Assembly (NCBI RefSeq): GCF_000270205.1
Contig: NC_015913.1
Coordinates: 450,001 to 482,000, forward strand
DNA: 32,000 bases
Reading direction: 5' to 3'
Origin: Candidatus Arthromitus sp. SFB-mouse-Japan
Lineage (GTDB): Bacteria; Bacillota; Clostridia; Clostridiales; Clostridiaceae
Positions 19,536 through 29,213 of the stretch are shown one piece after another. Every line of letters begins with the position of its first letter. Position 1 is the stretch's first letter. Below the pieces are notes generated by a model that was not told the DNA's origin, ran no database searches, and saw nothing but the letters and a program-made list of their open reading frames with translations. Position numbers and translations under genes: made by a program.

Positions 19536-20048
19536 ATGATAAAAGTTATAGAGGCTTTTGATGATGACTTCTTAGAAGATTATTTGCTAAGAGAAATTGG
19601 TTTTACTGCTGGATTTCATAATAGTATTTTGTTTTATGATTATGTTGTAAAAGACAGATTATTTAAATTTATTTTGGAGTATTTTAATAAGAACTCTATT
19701 TATATAATAAGTGGATTTAATATGAAACCATATCTAAATATAACGGAAAATATTTATGATATATTAAATATTGATTTGGATATGGATTCTTGTAATAATT
19801 CAATTTTTGATATGTATTGCAATATTTTAGATTTTAAAATGATTAATCGTCAATTTCATTTTTTGACTTATATGGATAAATTAAAGAGTATGATTATTAC
19901 ATCTTTATTGAGTAAAAATAAGGTTATAGTGTTTGATTGGACTTATTCTGATGATGTAATAAAGTGTGCAGAAGAATTAATGGATAAGATAAATACTTTA
20001 GGATTATTTTCAGATAGAGTATTTATTGAATTTAAAAAAGCAAGTTGA
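19536..20048 (+). CDS. Hypothetical protein with degenerate ABC-ATPase-like organisation (no intact Walker A, signature or Walker B)
   Basis: 170-aa ORF. ATG preceded by AAAGGAA. By-eye alignment to ABC nucleotide-binding domains: MIKVIEAF...LREIGF resembles the beta1-beta2 opening; FHFLTYMDKLKSMIITSLLSKNKVIVFDWTYSDDVIKCAEELMDKI is colinear with LSGGQ-(helix)-ARAL...P.vLLlDEPT..LD.....l...l. See findings. Confidence 0.45.
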   Translation: MIKVIEAFDDDFLEDYLLREIGFTAGFHNSILFYDYVVKDRLFKFILEYFNKNSIYIISGFNMKPYLNITENIYDILNIDLDMDSCNNSIFDMYCNILDFKMINRQFHFLTYMDKLKSMIITSLLSKNKVIVFDWTYSDDVIKCAEELMDKINTLGLFSDRVFIEFKKAS

Positions 20049-20071
20049 CATTTATAAAAACTTGCTTTTTT
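20034..20071. terminator. Bidirectional intrinsic terminator between convergent genes
   Basis: Perfect 13-bp inverted repeat aaaaaagcaagtt (20034-20046) / aacttgctttttt (20059-20071) with a 12-nt loop. The stop of the + gene (TGA 20046-20048) and the stop of the - gene (TAA, complement of 20052-20054) both lie inside the hairpin. Confidence 0.75.
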
Positions 20072-21653
20072 GTGTTTTATAGATGTTTGAGCAAAATATT
20101 GTTATTAGTATTGATGTTAAAAATTTGACTAATAATCGATGATTTATTTTTAAAAAATTATTTTCAATTGGAATGTTCATGAATGTTGGTATGATTTCAT
20201 CATCATTTTGAAAATTATTTTTATTATATTCTTTGATTGTTGATTTGATTTCTTTTAATGAAAAATCTTTGTTGTAGATAACTTTTGGTGATAGCTTTTT
20301 AATTTTGATAAAATCTTTGTATAATTCATCTATAGAAGTTTTTGGATCATCAAATGTATCACCATATATTTGTATCAATATTCCATCATAATCTTTTGTT
20401 TTTACAGTATTTTTAACATCTTCATAAAATAAATGAATTGTTCCATTATCACTTACATTAAAATAGTTATTATCTAAAGGACATTTTAAATTTAAATTTG
20501 TATTATTAACTTGTTTTAATTTATATCTACCTTTTGGTAAATCGAATATCTCTATTTTGTTTGATCCATTATGAGATAAAGTTTTAATTATTTTATTGTT
20601 ATGATAGAGATCGTATTTTATATTTTCAAGATTTGATTGATCATTTGTATCAGTTATTATAATTAATTGTTTATTTCTATTTAAGATAGTTTTATATAGG
20701 AGTGATATACAATTTGATAAGTTATTTAATGATTTTTTCTCAATGTTGTTTAATATATAGTTTAGATTATCTTTATATGAATGAATAATCATTCCAAATT
20801 CTTTATTTCTGTATCTAGGATATCCAGTATGCATATTTATATCATCCCAACTTGTAGATTCGAAATACGCAAAGGGTATGCCTTCGTATCTAAAGTATAC
20901 ATGATCACTGTAATCGTAACATTCACCTTCTAAAATTGAAATTTCATCATCGTTATTGGATATTAATTTAGGACTAGTCTTTATATTTATGTTTTCATTT
21001 TTTGAAATTTCAATAACCTCGTCTCTAAACCATCCTTTGTTTCCGTTATTTCCGTATATGTAGAGGTCATCTCCAGTTAATATACTATCAATATTTATGT
21101 ATAATAAGGTATTTGATTTTTCATCATTGGTCATATTTTTAACATAATGTCTAGAACCAAATAGCCCTAGTTCTTCTGCATCGAAGGCTATGAATTTTAT
21201 GTTATAAGGGAGTGTTATTTTATTTAATTTTTGAGCTATTTCTAAAAGAGCAGATACACCTGATGCATTATCATCTGCCCCATTTGATGAGGTAGAGTCG
21301 TAATGTGCTCCGATAATTATTTGATTATTATTTAAACCTTTTTTAGAAGCGATAATATTTTTGGATGTTATATTTTTTGAATTAATGAGAGGCCAATTAA
21401 ATATTTGTTCTTGAACTTCATATCCACATTTTTGAAATTCATTTTTAATGTATTTTTGGGCATTTAAGATTGATTTTGTTCCACTTATACGTGGGGTTTT
21501 AGATAAATAAGAAATGTGTTTTATAGCATCTTCCCCAAATGTTAGTGTATTTTGTGAATAAGGATATGTTTTAATAACTGTAATATTTGAAGTTATAAAT
21601 ATGAAAAGCAATAATGTATTAAGGAATTTAAAAATATTTTTAAATTTTTTCAT
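20052..21653 (-). CDS. M28-family zinc aminopeptidase with N-terminal signal peptide, extra C-terminal region and a C-terminal hydrophobic anchor
   Basis: M28 metal-binding signatures IIGAHYDSTSSNGADDNASGVSALLEIA and FIAFDAEELGLFGSRHY. 533 aa. N-terminus KFLNTLLLFIFITSNITVI is signal-like. C-terminus LLVKFLTSILITIFCSNIYKTQKSKFL is anchor-like. Confidence 0.8.
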   Translation of the reverse strand: MKKFKNIFKFLNTLLLFIFITSNITVIKTYPYSQNTLTFGEDAIKHISYLSKTPRISGTKSILNAQKYIKNEFQKCGYEVQEQIFNWPLINSKNITSKNIIASKKGLNNNQIIIGAHYDSTSSNGADDNASGVSALLEIAQKLNKITLPYNIKFIAFDAEELGLFGSRHYVKNMTNDEKSNTLLYINIDSILTGDDLYIYGNNGNKGWFRDEVIEISKNENINIKTSPKLISNNDDEISILEGECYDYSDHVYFRYEGIPFAYFESTSWDDINMHTGYPRYRNKEFGMIIHSYKDNLNYILNNIEKKSLNNLSNCISLLYKTILNRNKQLIIITDTNDQSNLENIKYDLYHNNKIIKTLSHNGSNKIEIFDLPKGRYKLKQVNNTNLNLKCPLDNNYFNVSDNGTIHLFYEDVKNTVKTKDYDGILIQIYGDTFDDPKTSIDELYKDFIKIKKLSPKVIYNKDFSLKEIKSTIKEYNKNNFQNDDEIIPTFMNIPIENNFLKINHRLLVKFLTSILITIFCSNIYKTQKSKFL

Positions 21654-21809
21654 TTTAATATCTCCTTGAGAATTATCTGTTAGTTGTAGTTTTAGTATTT
21701 TCTTTATAAAAAATTATTTTATGTGGTAAATATTTATTGAATTTTATATTTACCATGATGTTAGTTTGTGTTACCATGGAGTTATTTAATTGAGAGGATA
21801 GTTTTTTAA

Positions 21810-21995
21810 GTGATTATAAAGTTTACTTTTAAGAAAAATAAAAGAAGACTAATAGCTTATGGTTCATTTTTATTATTAAATTTTATATTGATGGTTTATT
21901 CCCTATTAAATTGGGATAAAGGTTTATTATTTATATCAGTTTCAGGTTTGATTTTATATTTGATAGTTTTGATAAGAAATTTAGGTAAAAAATAA
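21810..21995 (+). CDS. Small hypothetical membrane protein (two predicted TM helices)
   Basis: 61-aa ORF with GTG start and basic N-terminus KKNKRR followed by two hydrophobic stretches. It ends 16 nt before the ppiB start. The RBS is weak and no homology is recognised. Confidence 0.35.
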   Translation: MIIKFTFKKNKRRLIAYGSFLLLNFILMVYSLLNWDKGLLFISVSGLILYLIVLIRNLGKK

Positions 21996-22011
21996 TTTGG
22001 AGGGTTGTATT

Positions 22012-22539
22012 ATGAATAAAAATCCTATTGGAGTTATGGTAATAGAAAATTTTGGGGAAATTAAATTTGAGTTATATCCAGAAATTGCACCAGTTACTGT
22101 TACGAATTTTATAGACTTAGTAAATAAAGGATATTATAATGGACTAACTTTTCATAGAATTATAAAAGATTTTGTAATTCAGGGAGGATGTCCTTTAGGA
22201 TCAGGAGTTGGAGGACCAGGATACTCTATAAAGGGTGAATTTAAGATAAATGGAGTTAAAAATGATATAAAGCACGAACTTGGAGTTTTATCTATGGCAA
22301 GAGCAAATGATCCAAATTCTGGAGGGAGTCAGTTTTTTATAATGGTTGGTAATTCGCCACATTTAGATGGGAGTTATGCAGCATTTGGAAAGGTTACTGA
22401 TGGTATTGAAATTATTTTAAATATTGCAAATGAAGAGGTATTTGGGGATACTCCTAAAAACAAACCAATTATAAATAAAATAGAAATTGATACTTTTGGA
22501 GTAGATTATGTATTATCTGAGGATCAAAAAATTAAGTAG
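22012..22539 (+). CDS. ppiB: Peptidyl-prolyl cis-trans isomerase, cyclophilin type
   Basis: FHRIIKDFVIQGGCP, LSMARANDPNSGGSQFFI, AAFGKV. RBS GGAGGG at 21999-22004 with ATG at 22012 (the tracked TTG 21997 is an over-extension). Confidence 0.93.
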   Translation: MNKNPIGVMVIENFGEIKFELYPEIAPVTVTNFIDLVNKGYYNGLTFHRIIKDFVIQGGCPLGSGVGGPGYSIKGEFKINGVKNDIKHELGVLSMARANDPNSGGSQFFIMVGNSPHLDGSYAAFGKVTDGIEIILNIANEEVFGDTPKNKPIINKIEIDTFGVDYVLSEDQKIK

Positions 22540-22556
22540 TATAGAGGTGTGGGTTT

Positions 22557-24491
22557 ATGATAGAGATTATTCTTAAGGATGGATCTAAAAAGGAAATAGA
22601 TTCTCCTATAAGTGTAATTGACTTTGCAAGGTCTATTAGCAATGGTTTGGCAAAAATTGCCACATGTGCTGAAATTGATGGTAAAATTGTAGACTTGAGA
22701 TATGTAATTGAAAGAGATTGTAGTGTTAATATATTAACATTTAATGATGAAAATGGTAAGCAAGCATTTTGGCATACTACGAGTCATGTGTTAGCCCAAG
22801 CTGTAAAGAGATTATTTCCTGATGCAAAAATCGCGATAGGACCTAGTATTGATAATGGATTTTACTATGATTTTGACATAGATACTCCTTTTTCACAGGA
22901 TGATCTTAATAAGATCGAAGAAGAGATGAAAAAAATATCCAAAGATAACCTATCAATTGATAGATTTGTTTTAAATAGAGATGAAGCAATTAGTAAAATG
23001 AGTAAATATAATGAGATTTATAAGATTGAACTTATAAATGATATAAGTGATGAATGTGAGATTTCTTTTTATAAACAAGGAGAATTTGAGGATTTATGTT
23101 CAGGACCACATTTATTATCCACAGGTCCTATTAAGGCAATTAAATTACTGAGTGCTACTGGAGCTTATTGGAGAGGAAATGAAAAAAATAAAATGCTTAC
23201 TCGTATTTATGGAATATCATTTCCTAAGGCCAGTATGTTAACAGAGTATTTAGATAAACTTGAGGATGCTAAAAAGAGGGATCATAATAAAATAGGAAGA
23301 GAGCTTGAATTTTTTACTACAAATGAATTTATAGGTCAAGGATTACCGCTTCTTATGCCTAAAGGAGCAAAACTTATGCAAATTCTTCAGAGGTTTGTTG
23401 AAGATGAAGAAGAGAGGAGGGGGTATGTTCTTACTAGGACTCCTACTTTTGCTAAAAGTGATTTATATAAAATATCTGGACATTGGGATCACTATAGAGA
23501 TGGTATGTTTGTTTTAGGAGATGAGGAGAAGGATACAGAAGTATTTGCTTTGAGGCCTATGACTTGTCCATTTCAGTTTATGATATATAAAGCATCTCCC
23601 AAAAGTTATAGAGACCTTCCTATAAGATATGGTGAAACGGCAGTTCTTAGTAGGAACGAGGCATCTGGAGAAATGCATGGTCTTATACGTGTAAGACAAT
23701 TTACTTTGTCAGATGGACATATAGTTTGCACAAATGATCAGCTTGAGGATGAATTTAGATCAGCTGTAGATTTAGTAAAATACATAATGGAATGCCTCGG
23801 AATCAATGAAGATGTTACTTATAGATTTTCAAAGTGGGATAAGGAAAACAAAGATAAGTATATAGGTGAAGCGGAAGTCTGGGAAGAAACTCAGAATAAT
23901 ATGAAGCAAATATTAGATAATCTTAATCTGAATTATAAAGAACAAGATGGAGAGGCCGCATTCTATGGACCAAAGCTTGATATACAATTTAAGAATGTTC
24001 ATGGTAAGGAAGATACAATAATAACAATCCAGATAGATTTCAGTTTAGCTGAGAGATTTGGTATGTTTTATATAGATTCAGATGGTAAGAAAAAACATCC
24101 TATGATAATTCATAGAAGTTCTATAGGATGTTACGAGAGAACAATTGCCATGCTCATTGAAAAATATGCTGGTGCTCTTCCAACTTGGTTGAGTCCGATT
24201 CAAGTTAGGGTATTACCTATTTCTGAGAAATTTAATGATTATGCGAAAAAAGTTACAGATAAGCTTAAAAATTTAGGGATTAGGGTAGAATGTGATTATA
24301 GATATGAAAAAATAGGATATAAAATAAGGGAAGCAAGGATTGAGAAGATTCCGTATTTATTGATAGTTGGAGAAAAGGAGCAAGAATCAGGAAGTGTGTC
24401 TGTTAGGGATAGATTCAATGGTGATAGAGGCATTGTTAGATTAGGGGAATTTATAGATAGTATAAATGAAGAAATACTTAGCAAAAAATAG
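22557..24491 (+). CDS. thrS: Threonine--tRNA ligase
   Basis: 644 aa. Has an N-terminal TGS domain (MIEIILKDGSKKE), an editing domain (HTTSHVLAQAV), class II core motifs (RDHNKIGRELEFF, FRPMTCPFQ, LIRVRQFTLSDGH, GPKLD, HRSSIGCYER) and an anticodon-binding domain. Confidence 0.97.
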   Translation: MIEIILKDGSKKEIDSPISVIDFARSISNGLAKIATCAEIDGKIVDLRYVIERDCSVNILTFNDENGKQAFWHTTSHVLAQAVKRLFPDAKIAIGPSIDNGFYYDFDIDTPFSQDDLNKIEEEMKKISKDNLSIDRFVLNRDEAISKMSKYNEIYKIELINDISDECEISFYKQGEFEDLCSGPHLLSTGPIKAIKLLSATGAYWRGNEKNKMLTRIYGISFPKASMLTEYLDKLEDAKKRDHNKIGRELEFFTTNEFIGQGLPLLMPKGAKLMQILQRFVEDEEERRGYVLTRTPTFAKSDLYKISGHWDHYRDGMFVLGDEEKDTEVFALRPMTCPFQFMIYKASPKSYRDLPIRYGETAVLSRNEASGEMHGLIRVRQFTLSDGHIVCTNDQLEDEFRSAVDLVKYIMECLGINEDVTYRFSKWDKENKDKYIGEAEVWEETQNNMKQILDNLNLNYKEQDGEAAFYGPKLDIQFKNVHGKEDTIITIQIDFSLAERFGMFYIDSDGKKKHPMIIHRSSIGCYERTIAMLIEKYAGALPTWLSPIQVRVLPISEKFNDYAKKVTDKLKNLGIRVECDYRYEKIGYKIREARIEKIPYLLIVGEKEQESGSVSVRDRFNGDRGIVRLGEFIDSINEEILSKK

Positions 24492-24614
24492 AGTAGTATA
24501 TTTTGGATTTATAACTTTTATGAATTAATCTTTAAAATAGTATAAAACTTGAGTAAAATATTGAAAATATGGAATAATTTAAGAAAAACGACTAATTTTG
24601 GTATTTAATTTAAT

Positions 24615-24643
24615 TTGTAATTTTTGGTTTATTTAATTATATT
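24615..24643 (+). promoter_or_regulatory. Sigma-A type promoter of groES-groEL
   Basis: -35 TTGTAA (24615-24620), 17-nt spacer, -10 TATATT (24638-24643). CIRCE begins about 13 nt downstream, the usual arrangement. Confidence 0.55.
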
Positions 24644-24655
24644 AGTAACATGCTT

Positions 24656-24682
24656 TTAGCACTCTTGATAAATGAGTGCTAA
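24656..24682 (+). promoter_or_regulatory. CIRCE operator (HrcA binding site)
   Basis: TTAGCACTC-ttgataaat-GAGTGCTAA is a perfect match to the CIRCE consensus TTAGCACTC-N9-GAGTGCTAA. It lies 36 nt upstream of the groES ATG. Confidence 0.95.
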
Positions 24683-24717
24683 TTAAGGATGTTTATTTTA
24701 ATAGGAGGTTGTATTTA

Positions 24718-25005
24718 ATGAATATAAGACCACTTGCAGATAGAGTTGTTCTTAAAAGACTGGAAGCAGAAGAAAAAACAAAATCAGGAATAGTTTTAGC
24801 GGGTAGTGCTAAAGAAAAACCGCAAGAAGCAGAAGTTATAGCTGTTGGACCTGGTGGGGTTACAATAGATGGTAAGGAAATAAAAATGGAAGTTAAAGTT
24901 GGAGATAAAGTTTTAATCTCTAAGTATTCAGGTACTGAGGTTAAGGTAGATAAAGAGGAATATATAATAGTTAAACAAGAAGATATATTGGCTGTTGTTG
25001 AATAA
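24718..25005 (+). CDS. groES: Co-chaperonin GroES
   Basis: [27 protein letters not shown]... 95 aa. RBS AGGAGG at 24703-24708. The tracked ATG 24676 lies inside CIRCE and is an over-extension. Confidence 0.97.
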   Translation: MNIRPLADRVVLKRLEAEEKTKSGIVLAGSAKEKPQEAEVIAVGPGGVTIDGKEIKMEVKVGDKVLISKYSGTEVKVDKEEYIIVKQEDILAVVE

Positions 25006-25019
25006 ATTTTTGGAGGTAA

Positions 25020-26652
<1,633 letters not shown>

Positions 26653-26654
<2 letters not shown>

Positions 26655-26687
26655 AGGTTTGGATTATCCAAACCTTTTTTTGTTTTT
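26653..26687 (+). terminator. Rho-independent terminator after groEL
   Basis: 10-bp perfect stem aaaggtttgg (26653-26662) / ccaaaccttt (26668-26677), 5-nt loop, continuing into a T-run (ttttgttttt). Confidence 0.85.
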
Positions 26688-26741
26688 ACTTGTAATAAAA
26701 ATTTTAATATAGCACAAATTAATAGTATTAATTTATAGGAT

Positions 26742-27743
26742 TTGTTTAGAGGAGAGAGGTTTTTGTTTAAAAGAATTTTGAGAAAAAATGGACCCAATAA
26801 GGTTAAATATGATAAAGATTTAATTGATAAAAGAGATAAAGATGAGGATAATGAATTCGAGTATGTAAACAGTAATAGTAGTCGAAGTAATGAGGAAAAA
26901 AATAATTTTGAGAATATTAGTAAGGCATTGTTAAATATTGATACAAAGAATGTGGAGTTTAATGAAAAGGCAGATAAAATTTTAAAATATGCCAATTCTC
27001 AAAATAATATGTTTGATACGTTAGAAAAGAGAGCAATAGATGGAATAGATGATTATAGTAATTTAAATCAGATAATATCAGATATTTTTAAAATTATAAA
27101 GGATGAAGAAATATTAGTATCAGAAGGTGAGGATAAGATTGTATTTTTGATATCTAATGTTGATAAATTAATTCAGAATTTTTCAAATATTAACAAAGTT
27201 TTTGGGAGTTTGAATAACAAAATAACGGATATAAATAAATTTACGGAAGTTATAAATAAGATCTCAAGTCAAACTAATCTTTTAGCATTGAATGCGTCTA
27301 TTGAGGCTGCTAGAGCTGGTGAAGCTGGTAAGGGATTTGCAGTTGTTGCTGATGAAGTTAGAAAATTAGCAGAAGAGACTAAGAAAGCATCGGAACACAT
27401 AAATAAAACTATAGATGAAATAACTAATGAGACAGAAGAGATTTCATATGAAATGATACAAAATATATCTGATGTGAGTGTAATAAAAGAGTCTTCAGAA
27501 GAAACTTTTGGTATGTTAGATTCACTAAAGCAAATGAGTTATAAAAGATATACCCAAATTGAGATGGTTAGGGATAAATTACAGGAATTAAGAACTGGTA
27601 TGCAATCTATATCTAGTAAATTTTCAAAAATAAAGGATGTGTTTGGACTTAAGGAAGAAATAATAAAAGATATCTTAGAACTTTGTGTTTATTATGTTGA
27701 TAAGTTGGAGCTATTGAAAGAGATGGTAGATAAAAATGACTAA
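26742..27743 (+). CDS. Soluble methyl-accepting chemotaxis protein (signalling domain only; no TM, HAMP or recognisable sensor domain)
   Basis: Highly conserved MCP hairpin tip [39 protein letters not shown]. About 326-333 aa. The N-terminal 90 aa are charged and low-complexity with no hydrophobic segment. The start is TTG at 26742 or 26763 (RBS AGGAGAGAGG at 26749-26758). Confidence 0.8.
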   Translation: MFRGERFLFKRILRKNGPNKVKYDKDLIDKRDKDEDNEFEYVNSNSSRSNEEKNNFENISKALLNIDTKNVEFNEKADKILKYANSQNNMFDTLEKRAIDGIDDYSNLNQIISDIFKIIKDEEILVSEGEDKIVFLISNVDKLIQNFSNINKVFGSLNNKITDINKFTEVINKISSQTNLLALNASIEAARAGEAGKGFAVVADEVRKLAEETKKASEHINKTIDEITNETEEISYEMIQNISDVSVIKESSEETFGMLDSLKQMSYKRYTQIEMVRDKLQELRTGMQSISSKFSKIKDVFGLKEEIIKDILELCVYYVDKLELLKEMVDKND

Positions 27744-27829
27744 AAATGTCTACATAAATTTGAATAATAAATAGATTTTGTTGAAAATATTTAAATATAT
27801 TATGGATATTTAAATAGGGGGTAAACAAA

Positions 27830-28219
27830 ATGAAATTTAAAAATAGAAAAAAGGATGGGTTTAGTATTATAGAGGTTATGGTATCATTTGTTATTATAAT
27901 TATAATAGTACTTTTAATAGGACCTAATTTATTTTCTACATATGAGAGATCTAAGGAAATGTCTAAGGTAAGTGATGCAAGTGCTATAGTTAATGCAATT
28001 GATATGCATAATTTAAATAGGTTTATAGAAGGTGAGATTGAAGCGGTTTCGGATACTCTGACAATGTCTGAATTTCGTAAAATTAATGAACAATATAAAT
28101 ATTTGAATAATTGGCCTAAATGGATAACTGATTCGATGACACTAAAAGATATTAAAGATATAGCAAATAGTTCTGGGAATAAAAACATTATATCTAAAGC
28201 AATAGATAATAGAGTGTAA
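27830..28219 (+). CDS. Type IV pilin / pseudopilin (ComGC/PilA-like)
   Basis: Class III signal peptide MKFKNRKKDG|FSIIEVMVSFVIIIIIVLLIGPNL, with Gly at -1, Phe at +1, Glu at +5 and a hydrophobic alpha1-N helix. 129 aa. RBS AGGGGG sits 9 nt upstream. Confidence 0.8.
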   Translation: MKFKNRKKDGFSIIEVMVSFVIIIIIVLLIGPNLFSTYERSKEMSKVSDASAIVNAIDMHNLNRFIEGEIEAVSDTLTMSEFRKINEQYKYLNNWPKWITDSMTLKDIKDIANSSGNKNIISKAIDNRV

Positions 28220-28221
28220 AT

Positions 28222-28920
28222 ATGATCTCATATGTATTTATATGTATTTTATTAAGCATTTTAATGAGTATCATATTAAATCTTATAATTATGAAGATTA
28301 TAGGAAGTTTAGATTATAAGATTTTTGGATTGAAAGATAAGAATAGTTCTATATTCATAATATGCAAAAATATTTTAAAAGATAGGATATTGTTACTTAG
28401 GATTTGTTTTTGTAGTTTATTATTTATAGTATTTAATACTGTAATTTTAACTAAGATTTTAGATAATTTTAGTTTTATAATGATTTATACATATTTAAAA
28501 TATTATTATTTATTTTTAGTAATTTATATATTTGCATTTATAGATTACATAACTTATTATGTTTATACGGTTTTATCTTATCCAATAATTATATTTTCTT
28601 TATTTATTTTCATATTATCTTTTTTGGATATAAAAAATATTAGAATTAATTTAGAAACTATTATTTTAATTGGATTTTTATATTTATTGATAAATAAATT
28701 TAAATTTTTGGGTGAAGGTGATTTTGACATATTTTTAATAATAGCCTTAACGCTAGGGGTGTTACCTACAGTGTTTATTTTCTATTTATCAATAATTATG
28801 TCTGGTATAATAAGTATAGTGATCTTAATTAAGAATTGTTTTAAGTTACAAAATAATAGATTAGCGTTTATTCCATTTATTTTTATAGCGACTACGGTTT
28901 TTATAGCTATAAAAGTATAA
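28222..28920 (+). CDS. Prepilin peptidase (A24 family aspartic protease, PilD/ComC-like)
   Basis: 232-aa polytopic membrane protein. It has the two Asp-containing motifs expected for A24: FAFIDYITYYV and LGEGDFDIFLIIA (GxGD-type). The start is 2 nt after the pilin stop, which suggests translational coupling. No CxxC zinc-knuckle N-methyltransferase motif is evident. Confidence 0.7.
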   Translation: MISYVFICILLSILMSIILNLIIMKIIGSLDYKIFGLKDKNSSIFIICKNILKDRILLLRICFCSLLFIVFNTVILTKILDNFSFIMIYTYLKYYYLFLVIYIFAFIDYITYYVYTVLSYPIIIFSLFIFILSFLDIKNIRINLETIILIGFLYLLINKFKFLGEGDFDIFLIIALTLGVLPTVFIFYLSIIMSGIISIVILIKNCFKLQNNRLAFIPFIFIATTVFIAIKV

Positions 28921-28956
28921 ATATTAATTTGCTTTAATTAATATTTAAATATTACA

Positions 28957-28985
28957 TTGAAACTTAATTATATAAGTAGTATAAT
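28957..28985 (+). promoter_or_regulatory. Strong sigma-A type promoter of the peptide ABC transporter operon
   Basis: TTGAAA (28957-28962), 17-nt spacer, TATAAT (28980-28985). Near-consensus. Confidence 0.7.
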
Positions 28986-29148
28986 TGTATAAATATACTT
29001 TGTTTGTATAGATTAAAAAGTAGTTTCATATTTGTTAATATTTAGGGTCACTTGAGAGGATATTTGTAACGTAAAGAACCAAATAATTACATAAAGGTTT
29101 ATATAAAAAATTATTTTATATTTTTATAATTTAAGATTAGTTATCTGG

Positions 29149-29213
29149 ATGCCCTGATTAACGTATTACTTTGAGTCAATTATTGTAGTAAGTTAATGTT
29201 GTGGCATTTTTTT
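29149..29213 (+). terminator. Leader terminator (attenuator) between the opp promoter and oppB
   Basis: Long imperfect hairpin: atgcc (29149-29153) / ggcat (29203-29207); attaac (29157-29162) / gttaat (29192-29197); tattac (29164-29169) / gtagta (29085+100 region, 29185-29190). Followed by ttttttt (29207-29213). Located 25 nt upstream of the oppB ATG. Confidence 0.6.

Noticed and set aside
22540-22556. Looked for a T-box leader upstream of thrS, a common arrangement in Firmicutes.
   Set aside because: Only 17 nt separate the ppiB stop from the thrS ATG, so there is no room for a T-box of about 200 nt. thrS appears co-transcribed with ppiB. The 155-nt region upstream of the small ORF at 21810 also lacks a T-box sequence or a terminator.
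28919-28946. 11-bp perfect inverted repeat aaatattaatt / aattaatattt right after the prepilin peptidase stop, considered as a terminator.
   Set aside because: The stem is entirely A-T and has no following T-run. Such palindromes are expected by chance in sequence this AT-rich, so it is not called as a feature.
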